The notes beneath the pieces were generated by a model that was given only the letters and a program-made list of their open reading frames with translations, searched no databases and was not told the DNA's origin. From positions 256,001-320,000 of the forward strand of contig CAXXUA010000005.1 of the NCBI GenBank assembly GCA_963663765.2: a DNA stretch of 64,000 nucleotides. The letters are read 5' to 3'. Every line of letters starts with the position of its first letter. Within the stretch, counting starts at the first letter, position 1. The translations under genes and the position numbers were made by a program. This document shows, piece after piece, positions 29,424 through 39,996 of the stretch. Source of the DNA: Candidatus Poribacteria bacterium (GTDB lineage Bacteria; Poribacteria; WGA-4E; WGA-3G).

Positions 29424-30461
29424 CTACAGACGTTCTCTGAACTTATCCATCATTCCGTCTGGCGGGTCAAACGGCAATTCAACTACGGTGTTCGTTAGTC
29501 CGCTATGATAGATACCAAGAAGTAAATTGAATTCTGCAAGTGATTGTGGTAGATGTGTCGGATGTACTTTGCTTTCATCGTCAAGCCAATCGAACATAGC
29601 TTCAGTAAGATTAGTTTGAGCAACTGCATTTTGGCCGCCGTAACTCAGACCACCAGATTCATAGCCACTTTCGGGGGTATAACGTTCCCAACTTTCAAAC
29701 CGCCAGTGTACAAATCCTTTTTCACCAAAGACACAGACGCGTTTGTGCTGGTTATTGCCTGTATTGGGATTAACACGTGGTGCCATCTCCGGCCCGAAAG
29801 CAACGGAAACTTGCACGCCGTTTTCATAAGTGACTATACCTGTTGCATTAGCGGGTGAGGGTTGTGCACCATCTAAATTACTGGCACCCGCAATTTGTCC
29901 CAATACTTTTACCGGTCGCGAATTGTCTATATAAGATGAAACTAATTGAAGAACATGGGGTGCTTGATCAACAGGAGGGTTGCGTGCACTTGCTTCAATA
30001 AATTTTATCGCACCGATTTTGCCTTCTGCAACATCCCGTTTCAGTTCAAGGTTTTTGGGATGGAAATTCAGTTGTGTGTTGATTGCAATTTTTGATTTTG
30101 TGCGTTTGGAAAGTTCGTGGATTTGCCGCCAGTCTTCACTCTCAACCGCAATCGGCTTTTCAATCACTACAGCAGGAACACCGTGCTCAGATGCCTGATT
30201 TAGCAGGGGATACCGAATCCGTTCATTGCTACCACGCATCACAGGTGCAGTGACGATATGCAATAGATCTGGTTTCTCTTTGTTGAGCATTTCATCAAGG
30301 TCGGTGTAACGAGAATCAACACCAAATTCTTCACCAAATCCATTCAGAAGGTCTTCCTTCATATCACAGATAGCAGCGAGTTTTCCGCCTTTTACATTTT
30401 CATACGCGCGGGCATGGGCGCGAGCGCGACCACGACATCCTAAAATGGCACATTTATACAT
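29424..30461 (-). CDS. Gfo/Idh/MocA oxidoreductase
   Basis: N-terminal Rossmann fold, 'IEKP' motif. Confidence 0.85.
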   Translation of the reverse strand: MYKCAILGCRGRARAHARAYENVKGGKLAAICDMKEDLLNGFGEEFGVDSRYTDLDEMLNKEKPDLLHIVTAPVMRGSNERIRYPLLNQASEHGVPAVVIEKPIAVESEDWRQIHELSKRTKSKIAINTQLNFHPKNLELKRDVAEGKIGAIKFIEASARNPPVDQAPHVLQLVSSYIDNSRPVKVLGQIAGASNLDGAQPSPANATGIVTYENGVQVSVAFGPEMAPRVNPNTGNNQHKRVCVFGEKGFVHWRFESWERYTPESGYESGGLSYGGQNAVAQTNLTEAMFDWLDDESKVHPTHLPQSLAEFNLLLGIYHSGLTNTVVELPFDPPDGMMDKFRERL

Positions 30462-30702
30462 AGAATTCTCCTTAATATACTTATATTCAGAGGTAGAATA
30501 TTCATTAAAAACTTCAATTAGTCTTGATTGATATTATATGAACAATACAAAATAAAATCAAATTATAATGAGAATTGAGAATGTGTAAAGTTCTTACAGC
30601 AACTCTGCAAAAAATCCAAATATACATTAAACTTATTGGAAATCCCAATAACCAAACACAAAAAACTGCTATGTCCTTACACACACATAATGAATAATAT
30701 AA

Positions 30703-31140
30703 CCTAAGTTGCTAACTACAAGATTTTAAACATGTAAATAACTTTTTTATGGTGAAATCCAAAAATATGTCTACACGCCCTGGTAGGTGAGGTCTCTAAC
30801 CAATGCAGAATACCATACGCGTGTTCTCCTGATTTATACAGGTTCGGTTACGATACCGAACCATAAGCGTCAATTTAAGAACAGGACTTACGCACCCAAC
30901 GGTAGGCGCGCTTTGATGAAGATTAATTTATTAATTCGGTAATAAATATTTCTCACACGGTTGGTGTGCTTTGTAAGTGAGCACCAATGGTAGGCGGGCT
31001 TTGTAAGCGCGCTGTTTGGAATTGATGTGCCAGCGCACTTACAAAGCCCGCCTACCAGGGTTGGTTAGATAGAATTACCTCATTTATTTATCTTCATAAT
31101 GGCATTCATACCTTTGATTTAAAGGTCGCTCCTACAAAAG
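30703..31140. repeat. Pile-up of nested MITE ends and REPs
   Basis: CCTAAGTTGCTA segment like 309-350; TA-type end at 30748; CAGGACTTACGCA at 30882; ATGAAGAT...ATCTTCAT element at 30916-31097 holding a REP doublet at 30989-31056; partial 35-bp unit at 31098-31120. Confidence 0.7.
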
Positions 31141-31627
31141 AAGGTCATTCATCTGAAAATAACTTATGAATTCCGAAATGACACAATATGAGTAAGAAAT
31201 GGTATAACAAATCCAGAGTAAAAACACACAACAAAAAACGATAAAAAATACATTTAGTTGTTTTTTTCAAAATTTCGCAAATTTATTAAACCCATACCAC
31301 GACAAGATCGAGAACACTTATAAAAAAATACAAAAAACACGAAAAAAACAACTAAAAAATTCCACGATTGGGACAGGACTCTCAATTTGAAGCATGCCCT
31401 GCCTACAGAAAAAGAGAAAATTGGGGTTGAAAACGTCTACTTCAAGAGTGTATTTCAACAATTCAATGCCTCTGAAGAAAGGGTGTGAAAATAGGATTGA
31501 CACACTCCTATAAATATGCTAAAATTTATGATAAAAATAAACTCAAAGAATGTGGTTAATATTGAGCAATACTCTCAATTTGTCCACAAAATATATACAA
31601 ACATACAATAGTTATAGAGGTATCCAA

Positions 31628-32965
31628 ATGATAGGAACAACAAATGTCTACACCATTTTGCTGATTATGGTTCTCATTTTGAGTTCTTGTGCAACATCAG
31701 TGAACCAACAAAACCCACCAAGCGATATTGAAGTCTTAAGTTCTTTTGAAAACACCATTGCCCAAGTTGTAGATCAAAGTATGCCTGCTGTCGTTAGTCT
31801 CACCCTAACAAAAGAAGAGAAAAAGGATAACAAGACTGTCAAAACATCAGGAGGCGGTTCTGGTTTTATTTTTCATAAGGATGGATATATCCTAACAAAT
31901 GAACACGTCGTGAAAGACGCTTTAAGTATTAGAGTAAGGATGTCTGATGACACAACACATAACGCACAATTGATTGGAGCCGATCCGAATACGGATGTCG
32001 CAGTTATAAAAATTGAAGGTGATGAAGGCTTTCCTTTTCTTACATTCGCTGATGCGTCTAAGATTCATGTTGGACAATTTGCAATCGCTATCGGAGATCC
32101 AATCGGATACAGATATACAGTAACCGCTGGAATCGTTGGCGGAACAGAACGTTGTTACCACCGAAAAACAAAACTCTTTCAATATCACCGAAATTACATC
32201 CAAACAGATGCTTGGATAAATCCCGGTAGTAGTGGTGGTCCATTGCTCAATATCAAAGGTGAAGTCATAGGTATTAATACTCTTAATCCAGGCGAAGGTT
32301 CAACACTAGCCATAAATATTGGCCTTGCAGAAAAAATTAGCAAAAATCTTATGGCACACGAAAGAATCGTCCGTGGATATATTGATGCCGGATTACGTTC
32401 AGTCTCAAATGGAGTCAAAATTACAAGGGTAAAACCAAACACACATGTCGCAAAGTGTGGTTTAAAACGTAATGATATCATCATTGAATTTGATGGCAAA
32501 CAGATATCAAACCTTGATGATTTTGAACTCAGTTTCATAGACTGCCAGATTGGAAAACAATCCCCTATCAAAGTACTACGAGATGGACAAGAAGTTACAC
32601 TAAATGTACTTATTGATGAGATGCCACTTGAAATGGTCGGTAGGTCCGCAAATACTGATTCCGCATGTTGGAGAAAACTCGGTTTGGCTGTGCGGAAGGT
32701 AGAGAACGCTATTCATCAAAGATATGCTTATTTCACCGAAGATGACCGCGGCATTCTCGTTGAACAGGTAAAGAAAGATTCAATCGCATCCAAGGCTAAC
32801 ATACCAAAAGGCGCACTCATCGTCGCAATCAACGGAAAAGAAATCGCAGATGAAAATTCTATTGAGACCCTTCTAAAAGATAAACAAGATATGCAAGAAT
32901 TGATTCTTGATATTAAAAGTGTCAATGGTGAAAAAAAAGTAACTGTTAAGTTAGGAAAAAGTTGA
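31628..32965 (+). CDS. HtrA/DegP-like serine protease lipoprotein with two PDZ domains
   Basis: 'LSSC' lipobox; 'GSGF', 'TNEHV', 'TDVAV', 'INPGSSGGPL'. Confidence 0.9.
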   Translation: MIGTTNVYTILLIMVLILSSCATSVNQQNPPSDIEVLSSFENTIAQVVDQSMPAVVSLTLTKEEKKDNKTVKTSGGGSGFIFHKDGYILTNEHVVKDALSIRVRMSDDTTHNAQLIGADPNTDVAVIKIEGDEGFPFLTFADASKIHVGQFAIAIGDPIGYRYTVTAGIVGGTERCYHRKTKLFQYHRNYIQTDAWINPGSSGGPLLNIKGEVIGINTLNPGEGSTLAINIGLAEKISKNLMAHERIVRGYIDAGLRSVSNGVKITRVKPNTHVAKCGLKRNDIIIEFDGKQISNLDDFELSFIDCQIGKQSPIKVLRDGQEVTLNVLIDEMPLEMVGRSANTDSACWRKLGLAVRKVENAIHQRYAYFTEDDRGILVEQVKKDSIASKANIPKGALIVAINGKEIADENSIETLLKDKQDMQELILDIKSVNGEKKVTVKLGKS

Positions 32966-33108
32966 ACAAACCTAAGGGAATTCATGACTATACAAGAATC
33001 AACACATCACTGATTGGCGTACTCACGCAGTACGCCAACCTCCAATCATTAAAAACTGCTATTAATTGTCCTTGAAAACCTAATATTTACTATAATCTTG
33101 AAAAATAC

Positions 33109-33216
33109 TATAACCTATCTCATAAATCGTAGGAGGGGTTTCTAACCCCGATTTACCGCACACGCGATTCGGTGAATTTAGACAAATAACAAATTGCATT
33201 TTTGAGATACACTCTA
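33109..33216. repeat. ~100-bp dispersed REP-containing repeat
   Basis: Homologous to 22948-23049; contains GTAGGAGGGGTTTCTAACCCC. Confidence 0.7.
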
Positions 33217-33235
33217 ACTGCAAGGGGAATGTTTA

Positions 33236-34564
33236 ATGGAAAATAAGATATATTGTCTTATCACACTTTTCTTCATAATCACAATCGCTTCGTGTGCATA
33301 TCAAATTGATACACCAACTAATTTGGAGATGTTAAGTGCAATTGAAGATGCTTTTGTTGAAATAGCACAGAACAGCAAACCTGCAATTGTCGGTGTTTTG
33401 GCAATAAATTCAGACAGGAGATTAAATCGATTCGGTTCAGGGTTCTTTTTCCGGGAAGATGGTTATATATTGACAAATGACCATATAATTAATAACGGTG
33501 ATCGTTTCTCTGTCCGACTTTTAGACGGAGATATACTTGATGCAAAATTAGTTGGTTCTGATATTATCACCGATGTTGCAGTACTAAAGGTTGATAGAGA
33601 TGAGGAATTCCCGTTTCTTCCGTTAGCTGATTCAACAAAGGTACGTGTAGGACAATTTACCATCGCTATAGGTAATCCTTTTCAACTAAATTATTCTGTA
33701 ACAACTGGGGTTGTCAGCGGTACTGGACGTTCAGTTCTTGGTGGATTACGTATGATTCGCTACCAAGACTTCATACAGACTGATGCGTGGATCAATACCG
33801 GCAGCAGTGGTGGTCCTCTGTTAAATATCTATGGAGAAGTAATCGGGATCAATGCACTCATTCGTAAAGAAGAAAATACACCTGCACCAGTCAAAGCAGG
33901 TGCAGGATTCGCAATTCCAAGCAGCCTCGTAGAAAAAATTGGAACTGAATTAATCGCTAAGGGGAAAATAATCCGGGGCTACTTAGGTATAACTATGAGA
34001 GAGGTAGAGCAAGGCATCCACGTTGATCGCGTCGGACCGGGAACACCAGCTGACAAGGCAGGTCTAAGACGACGGGATGTTATCACTGAATATAACGGAG
34101 TAAAGGTAAAGAATTCAGCAAAGTTCCAGCTACTCATCGCAGAAACGCAGGTCGGTAATAAATCTATCATCAAGGTGTTACGCGGTGGACAGGAAAGAAC
34201 CCTCAACGTAACTATTACTGAGATGCCACCAGAAATGGTCGGATTGCCTTTTGAAGAAAATTCAGTTTCATGGAAAATACTCGGGTTAGCTGTGCGGAAA
34301 CTGGAAAAACGCGACGCTGATAGATATACCTACTTAACAGAAAATGATCAAGGGGTTATCATTGAACGGGTGAAACAGGACGCACCAGCATACAACGCGA
34401 AAATTCCCAGAGGTGCACTAATACTCGCTATCAATGGTGAAAAAATCACTGATGTTAATAGGCTTGAATCGGTGCTTCAATCCAAACAGAACGCTGAAGA
34501 ACTAATGGTTGAAATTAAAAGCAGCCATGGAACAGAAAAATTGAAAGTGTTGTTACAAGAATAA
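33236..34564 (+). CDS. HtrA/DegP-like serine protease lipoprotein with two PDZ domains
   Basis: 'IASC' lipobox; 'TNDHI', 'TDVAV', 'INTGSSGGPL'. Confidence 0.9.
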   Translation: MENKIYCLITLFFIITIASCAYQIDTPTNLEMLSAIEDAFVEIAQNSKPAIVGVLAINSDRRLNRFGSGFFFREDGYILTNDHIINNGDRFSVRLLDGDILDAKLVGSDIITDVAVLKVDRDEEFPFLPLADSTKVRVGQFTIAIGNPFQLNYSVTTGVVSGTGRSVLGGLRMIRYQDFIQTDAWINTGSSGGPLLNIYGEVIGINALIRKEENTPAPVKAGAGFAIPSSLVEKIGTELIAKGKIIRGYLGITMREVEQGIHVDRVGPGTPADKAGLRRRDVITEYNGVKVKNSAKFQLLIAETQVGNKSIIKVLRGGQERTLNVTITEMPPEMVGLPFEENSVSWKILGLAVRKLEKRDADRYTYLTENDQGVIIERVKQDAPAYNAKIPRGALILAINGEKITDVNRLESVLQSKQNAEELMVEIKSSHGTEKLKVLLQE

Positions 34565-34576
34565 TTACCAAAACAC

Positions 34577-36565
34577 ATGGCACAAACACCGAAAACATTA
34601 ACGCTCAAAGATATTTTTAGCCCAGGGGGTATCATCTCACAGCAGCTACCTGGATACGAATATCGTGACGAGCAACTCCTTATGGCAAATGCCGTTGCAC
34701 GTGCATTTGCTGCATCAGAACATCTGATCGTTGAAGCTGGCACAGGTGTTGGAAAGAGTTTTGCATATCTAATACCAGCGATCTCACTTGCGGCAAAAAA
34801 AGAACAGACAGTTGTCATTTCAACGAATACAATCAGTCTACAGGAACAACTCGTTACAAAGGATATTCCGTTTCTACAAAAAGTTCTACCGCGTGATTTT
34901 AAAGCAGTACTCGCAAAGGGAAGAAGTAACTACCTTTCACGAAGACGACTGAACAGTCTACTCACATTTGAACACGGTTTATTTGATACAATGGATGAGG
35001 TAGAACAGGTCAAAACAATTGTGGAGTGGGTTGAGAACACAGAAGACGGTAGTCGCGCAGATTTACCAATACAACCTCGGTCCCATATTTGGAGTAAGGT
35101 CGCCTCCGACAGAGATAACTGTCTCGGTCGTAAGTGTCCCACCTACGATGTCTGCTTCTACTTCAATGCACGGAGCGAAATGCACGAAGCGGACCTCTTG
35201 ATTGTCAACCACCACCTGCTTTTCAGTGACCTCACACTTCGACATATCGATCCTGCTGCTGGAATCCTCCCAGATTATGACTATCTGGTCATAGATGAAG
35301 CACATCACCTTGAGGCAATAGCAACACGTCATAGCAGCCTGGAAATCAGCAACTCACAAATCAAGTGGTTATACGATTCACTCCTCAGTCCAAGAAACGA
35401 AGACAGCGGCACCGCTGCACGATTCAATTCAGCACAACTTGCTGACGCGGTTGACGAAGCACGGAAACAAACGAACGCGTTTTTTGGTGCTGTTGAAGTC
35501 TATTTTGCAGGTTTAGATACTTATGCGACGACGCAACGGATTGATGAAAACAATACAACAAATGTGTTTCCACAAGGAAATACTTTGGATCAACCTTTGG
35601 CACAAATTGAAAAAACCCTAAAAGAACTCCTTGATAATGATGCTGCAACTGAGGACGATGAACAGGAACTTATATCTTATGTTAACCAGTGCAGACGGCT
35701 TAGAGAAGAACTGGACTTGATGATTCAGCAGCATGATTCAGATTTTATCTATTGGGTAGAATCCTCTTCGTGGGGACGATCTCCTCGCATCCTCCTAAAC
35801 GCTACACCCGTATATGTTAGCCAAAGGTTAAATGAATCTCTTTTTGATGTGAAAGAGGCTGTTGTAATGACAAGCGCAACGTTGTCAACTAACAACAACT
35901 TTGAGTACTTTAAAAAACGGATTGGTATAGATACATGTCGTGAACTTCTTGTACATTCCCCTTTTGACTTTAAGGAACAGGTAAAAATCCACATTCCACG
36001 CACGATGCCTGACCCCAATAGCATTGAGTTTATCCCCGCTGCCGTTCAAGAAATCAAACATTATCTCAAATTGACGCACGGTAAAGCCTTTGTCCTGTTT
36101 ACAAGCTACAAAATGATGGACGAAGTCTACGAGGAGGTTGAACCGTTTCTCTCTGAAATAGGGATTGATGTTTTCAAACAGGGGGGTGAATTGTCACGAA
36201 CAGATATGTTAGAAGCGTTCCGAGAGGATACCGATTCTGTGCTGTTCGGTACGTCCAGTTTCTGGGAAGGTGTTGATGTGCGGGGTGAGGCACTCAGCAA
36301 TGTCGTGATTACAAGACTCCCGTTTGAGGTGCCAACACATCCAGTCATGGCAGCACGAGTCAAACAGATTAAGGAACAAGGTGGAAATGAATTCTATGAA
36401 TTCAGTTTACCTGAAGCAATACTACGTCTCAAGCAGGGGTTTGGAAGGTTGATCCGCACACAAACAGACAAAGGTATTGTTGTAATTTTAGATCCACGGA
36501 TTCGGACACGCAGTTATGGCAAGCAGTTCATAGATTCTCTGCCTCCTTGTGAAATCGTCGCATAA
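34577..36565 (+). CDS. DinG/YoaA-family ATP-dependent DNA helicase
   Basis: 'EAGTGVGKS', 'DEAH', 'TSAT', 'FWEGVD', 'QGFGRLIR'. Confidence 0.92.
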   Translation: MAQTPKTLTLKDIFSPGGIISQQLPGYEYRDEQLLMANAVARAFAASEHLIVEAGTGVGKSFAYLIPAISLAAKKEQTVVISTNTISLQEQLVTKDIPFLQKVLPRDFKAVLAKGRSNYLSRRRLNSLLTFEHGLFDTMDEVEQVKTIVEWVENTEDGSRADLPIQPRSHIWSKVASDRDNCLGRKCPTYDVCFYFNARSEMHEADLLIVNHHLLFSDLTLRHIDPAAGILPDYDYLVIDEAHHLEAIATRHSSLEISNSQIKWLYDSLLSPRNEDSGTAARFNSAQLADAVDEARKQTNAFFGAVEVYFAGLDTYATTQRIDENNTTNVFPQGNTLDQPLAQIEKTLKELLDNDAATEDDEQELISYVNQCRRLREELDLMIQQHDSDFIYWVESSSWGRSPRILLNATPVYVSQRLNESLFDVKEAVVMTSATLSTNNNFEYFKKRIGIDTCRELLVHSPFDFKEQVKIHIPRTMPDPNSIEFIPAAVQEIKHYLKLTHGKAFVLFTSYKMMDEVYEEVEPFLSEIGIDVFKQGGELSRTDMLEAFREDTDSVLFGTSSFWEGVDVRGEALSNVVITRLPFEVPTHPVMAARVKQIKEQGGNEFYEFSLPEAILRLKQGFGRLIRTQTDKGIVVILDPRIRTRSYGKQFIDSLPPCEIVA

Positions 36566-36718
36566 ATAGAGTATGACTTATGAATACGGTAGAATAACAA
36601 TGGTCTTGAGTCCCTTCAGTCTTGAACTTGTAATTTTGTAATTCAAAAGTCAATAGACGATCTTGGTCTATCGTTGCAACGACTCCCCTATTGTCTTCTG
36701 TTAAAAGACTAACAATGC

Positions 36719-36937
36719 CTATACACCCGTAGTTTCAATCTTACCGGGAATCTTGCTAAGAATCAGTTTTTCCATTTCAACTTTATTGCTGGCATTATCA
36801 ATGTCTATACCGACAAGTTTGCCATCGGCATCATAATCAAGAAGGACACCTTCTGAAATTTCTAAACTCTCCACACTTGGCTGCTCGGAAAAATTAATAT
36901 ACAGAGAGTCGGTTTCCGGGTAATAGTTGAGTTTCAT
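36719..36937 (-). CDS. DUF2283-type small protein (putative antitoxin)
   Basis: 'YYPETDSLYI...GVLLDYDADGKLVGIDI'. Confidence 0.8.
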   Translation of the reverse strand: MKLNYYPETDSLYINFSEQPSVESLEISEGVLLDYDADGKLVGIDIDNASNKVEMEKLILSKIPGKIETTGV

Positions 36938-37005
36938 GGCTTGAATCCTCTATCTGGAAAAGCATTATGAATTGTAATTTTATCCTCAAGCGTAATAACT
37001 CTTAG

Positions 37006-38427
37006 CTGACATACTCCCCAAGCTAAAGCATGGGGGTTCTTAGTTCTTATATTGGAAACGGTTTGAGTTGTTTCCAAACGACTTTTCCTGCTTCCGTGTC
37101 TCGTGCCCTTTCCTGAACAGCGTTGGGTCTTATTTGCACTCCACAGGCGTGACTTTCGGTGTGTCCCACCGTAGTTGGTTTCAAGTTTATTGCAGCGTTG
37201 ACATCTCTATCTATAGACATATCACATTGACTGCAGTGATACATTCTTTCTGAAAGTGTTAGGTCTTTCTTTTTGTGTCCACAACCGGAACAGGTTTTAC
37301 TACTTGCAAAGAACATATCTGCTTTTGTGATGGGTATTCCTAACCTATCTGCTTTCGTCTTGAGTTTTAGTAGAAATCCACCTAATGCTGAATCAGATAA
37401 TGCTTTCGCTAATTTTCTGTTCTTCAGCATATTAATAACCTTGAGTGTCTCAATACCGATCACAGATGCGAGGTTGACAATCTCTGTAGTTGCTTTGTGG
37501 TGTGTATCGTTTCGGATACAAGCGATACGATAATGGATACGTTCAACCTTTAGTTTCTGTTTGAACCAATTGTTAGACTTGAAAACTTTTCTACTTAATC
37601 TACGTTGTTCTCTTGCTAACTTCTTTTCATATCGTTTCAGGGATCTTGGATTATCATATTTCGTGCCATCACTCAATGTGGCAAGTGTGTTTATGCCTAC
37701 ATCTATACCAATCACAGGGTGCGTTGAGTTATCAACTGCTTCGGTGTCCTCTGTTTCTATGGTGATAGATACAAACCAACGATGTGCTGTCCTTGAGATC
37801 GTCACTTTCATAATCTTACCCACAAAACGCAATGATTCAAACATGCTAATCCAACCAATCTTAGGAAGTTTGATACGCTTACCTTCAACTTCCACAGATT
37901 GATTATTTGTGGTGAATGCGTCCTTTTTGCCACGCTTCTTGAACTTCGGAAATCTCGCACGCTTACCAACCCAATTCGCAAGCGCAGCAGACAAGTTACC
38001 AAATATGCTTTTATTGGCTACAACCTGATCCATATCTTTAGTCCAAGCATGTGCTTTCTTAGCAATATTAAATCGAGTGTTTAACTTCGCAGCGGATAAG
38101 AACTCATCATTTGCCAATGCAGACTTGAAATCTGCTAATGCATGATTATATGCAAATCTCGCATAGCCACACTGTTGTGCAAACCATTTTCGTTGATTGT
38201 TATTTGGATTCAATGCAATCTTATGTGTTTTTAGCATGATCATATTCCAGTCCTATGAAGATGTCAGTTCCCTCTACTAAAGGTGTGTAGGTGTTAGTAG
38301 CACCTACACTGAACTGGTATAATGAGTATCTCATGTTTTAAACCAAAAATCAAGTTTTTTCTTGACACAAGCACTTAGCACGACTACATCCCACTACCTA
38401 AAGGTAGGGGTTTTGTCGTGATTCTTG
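37006..38427 (-). mobile_element. TnpB-only (IS1341-type) IS200/IS605 element
   Basis: Inserted after TTAT with no TSD; subterminal hairpins at both ends; right end ...TCAG; no tnpA. Confidence 0.85.
37047..38243 (-). CDS. tnpB: RNA-guided endonuclease TnpB
   Basis: RuvC 'GIDVG', 'IETL', 'DRDVNAAIN'; zinc finger 'CSGC...CSQC'; N-terminal 'ARFAYN'. Confidence 0.93.
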   Translation of the reverse strand: MIMLKTHKIALNPNNNQRKWFAQQCGYARFAYNHALADFKSALANDEFLSAAKLNTRFNIAKKAHAWTKDMDQVVANKSIFGNLSAALANWVGKRARFPKFKKRGKKDAFTTNNQSVEVEGKRIKLPKIGWISMFESLRFVGKIMKVTISRTAHRWFVSITIETEDTEAVDNSTHPVIGIDVGINTLATLSDGTKYDNPRSLKRYEKKLAREQRRLSRKVFKSNNWFKQKLKVERIHYRIACIRNDTHHKATTEIVNLASVIGIETLKVINMLKNRKLAKALSDSALGGFLLKLKTKADRLGIPITKADMFFASSKTCSGCGHKKKDLTLSERMYHCSQCDMSIDRDVNAAINLKPTTVGHTESHACGVQIRPNAVQERARDTEAGKVVWKQLKPFPI

Positions 38428-38609
38428 ATAACGACCACCGATCTCAGGAATTGCTGCCCAAAAACGGTATCTGTTATGCTCTTGCAGTTCTGAATGAATT
38501 GCGTTCTCAATTACATACACGCACCACTCTTTTTTCAAATAAGGGCGTTTTAGTAGGACTTGTTGCTCAAAATAATCTGTAAACTTAAACTCGGACATTT
38601 ACTATAATA

Positions 38610-39899
38610 TTACCCAATCTGCTTATAGCCACCCATATATGGTTGTAGTGCTTTAGGCACGCGCACAGTCCCATCCGGATTCTGATATGTTTCAAGGAGT
38701 GCTATGACAACCCGTGGCAGTGCTGTACCGGAAGCGTTTAACGTGTGGATAAACTCTGGTTTTGCACCGGGTTCTGGACGGTAACGGATGTTAGCACGAC
38801 GCGCTTGGAAAGACTCAAAGTTACTACACGAGGAGACTTCCAAAAACTTTTCACCTGCGGGTGCCCAAACCTCAATATCATAGCATTTCGCAGCAGCAAA
38901 AGAGAGTTCAACCGTACAATGCTGTACAACTCTATATGGCAATTCAAGTGCCTGAAGAACACTCTCTGCATTGGCTAACAGCGTTTCATGTTCCGCATAA
39001 GATGTCTCTGGTGTCGTAAACTTCACCATTTCAACCTTGTCAAACTGATGGATACGTTGTAGACCACGTGTGTCCTTCCCATACGCTCCAGCTTCACGAC
39101 GGAAACAGGGGGTGTAAGCAGTATAGTAGATTGGCAAATCATCGGAAGAAAGTATTTCACCTGCAAATAGATTAGTCACAGGAACTTCCGCAGTTGGAAT
39201 CAGAAACAGATCTGTATCAGGATTCGCTTCGTCTCTATCACATCGATACATATCCGCTTCAAGTTTAGGGATTTGACCTGTACCTGTCATCGTAGGACGG
39301 TTCGCAAGGAAAGGTGGGGATATTTCGGTATATCCGTGTTGGGTGGTGTGCATGTCAAGCATGAACTGGATCAGAGCACGTTCCAATCTTGCTCCTAATC
39401 CTTTGAAAACAACAAAATTGCTGCCAGCAACCTTGGCACCGCGCTGAAAATCCACAATATCCAACGCCTCCGCTATTTCCCAATGCGGTTTCAGTTCAAA
39501 GTCAAAACTCGGTTTATTGCCCCATGTCTTGAGTTCAATGTTATCCGCTTCACCCGTGCCAAACGGAGTAGTTTCCTCTGGTATATTCGGTATTGTCAAC
39601 AGAATAGCATCTATCTCTGATTTGAGTTGGGTGGCTTCGGCGTTACGTTCCTTGATTTCTTGGGAGAGTGTGCGCATCTCTGCAATCGTTTCAGTTGCGT
39701 CCTGCTTCTCTTTCTTTAGTTGGGCAATCTGTTGGGAGGCCTGATTTTGATGTGCTTTGAGTGTCTGAGTATGTGTAAGGTTCTCGCGCCAACGCGTATC
39801 CAAGTCTATCAGTTTATCTAAGTCTGCTTCAGTCTGTCGATCTGATAACATCTTCCGAACAGCACCAGTATTTTCACGAATATATTTGAGGTCAAGCAC
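38610..39899 (-). CDS. serS: Serine--tRNA ligase
   Basis: 'MLDLKYIR', 'LIPTAEVP', 'CFRREAG', 'RIHQFDKVE', 'EVSSCSN', 'HTLNASG'. Confidence 0.96.
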   Translation of the reverse strand: MLDLKYIRENTGAVRKMLSDRQTEADLDKLIDLDTRWRENLTHTQTLKAHQNQASQQIAQLKKEKQDATETIAEMRTLSQEIKERNAEATQLKSEIDAILLTIPNIPEETTPFGTGEADNIELKTWGNKPSFDFELKPHWEIAEALDIVDFQRGAKVAGSNFVVFKGLGARLERALIQFMLDMHTTQHGYTEISPPFLANRPTMTGTGQIPKLEADMYRCDRDEANPDTDLFLIPTAEVPVTNLFAGEILSSDDLPIYYTAYTPCFRREAGAYGKDTRGLQRIHQFDKVEMVKFTTPETSYAEHETLLANAESVLQALELPYRVVQHCTVELSFAAAKCYDIEVWAPAGEKFLEVSSCSNFESFQARRANIRYRPEPGAKPEFIHTLNASGTALPRVVIALLETYQNPDGTVRVPKALQPYMGGYKQIG

Positions 39900-39996
39900 T
39901 GCGGTTCTGCTCCTCTGTTTTTATGTTGTTTGTGACAGTAAACCTATAAAGAAAAACAGTTACAACCTCGGTAGACAATCTTTAGCTGTTCTGTTC

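Larger units (their letters stand above)
36934..38598 (-). pseudogene. 80-aa putative toxin partner of DUF2283, interrupted by the TnpB element
   Basis: 57 codons (38598-38428) join in frame to 'LRVITLEDKITIHNAFPDRGFKP*' (37005-36934), which overlaps the DUF2283 ATG. Confidence 0.85.

Noticed and set aside
37006-38427. IStron or nuclease-dead TnpB regulator
   Set aside because: The non-coding ends are too short for a group I intron core, and the RuvC catalytic residues are intact
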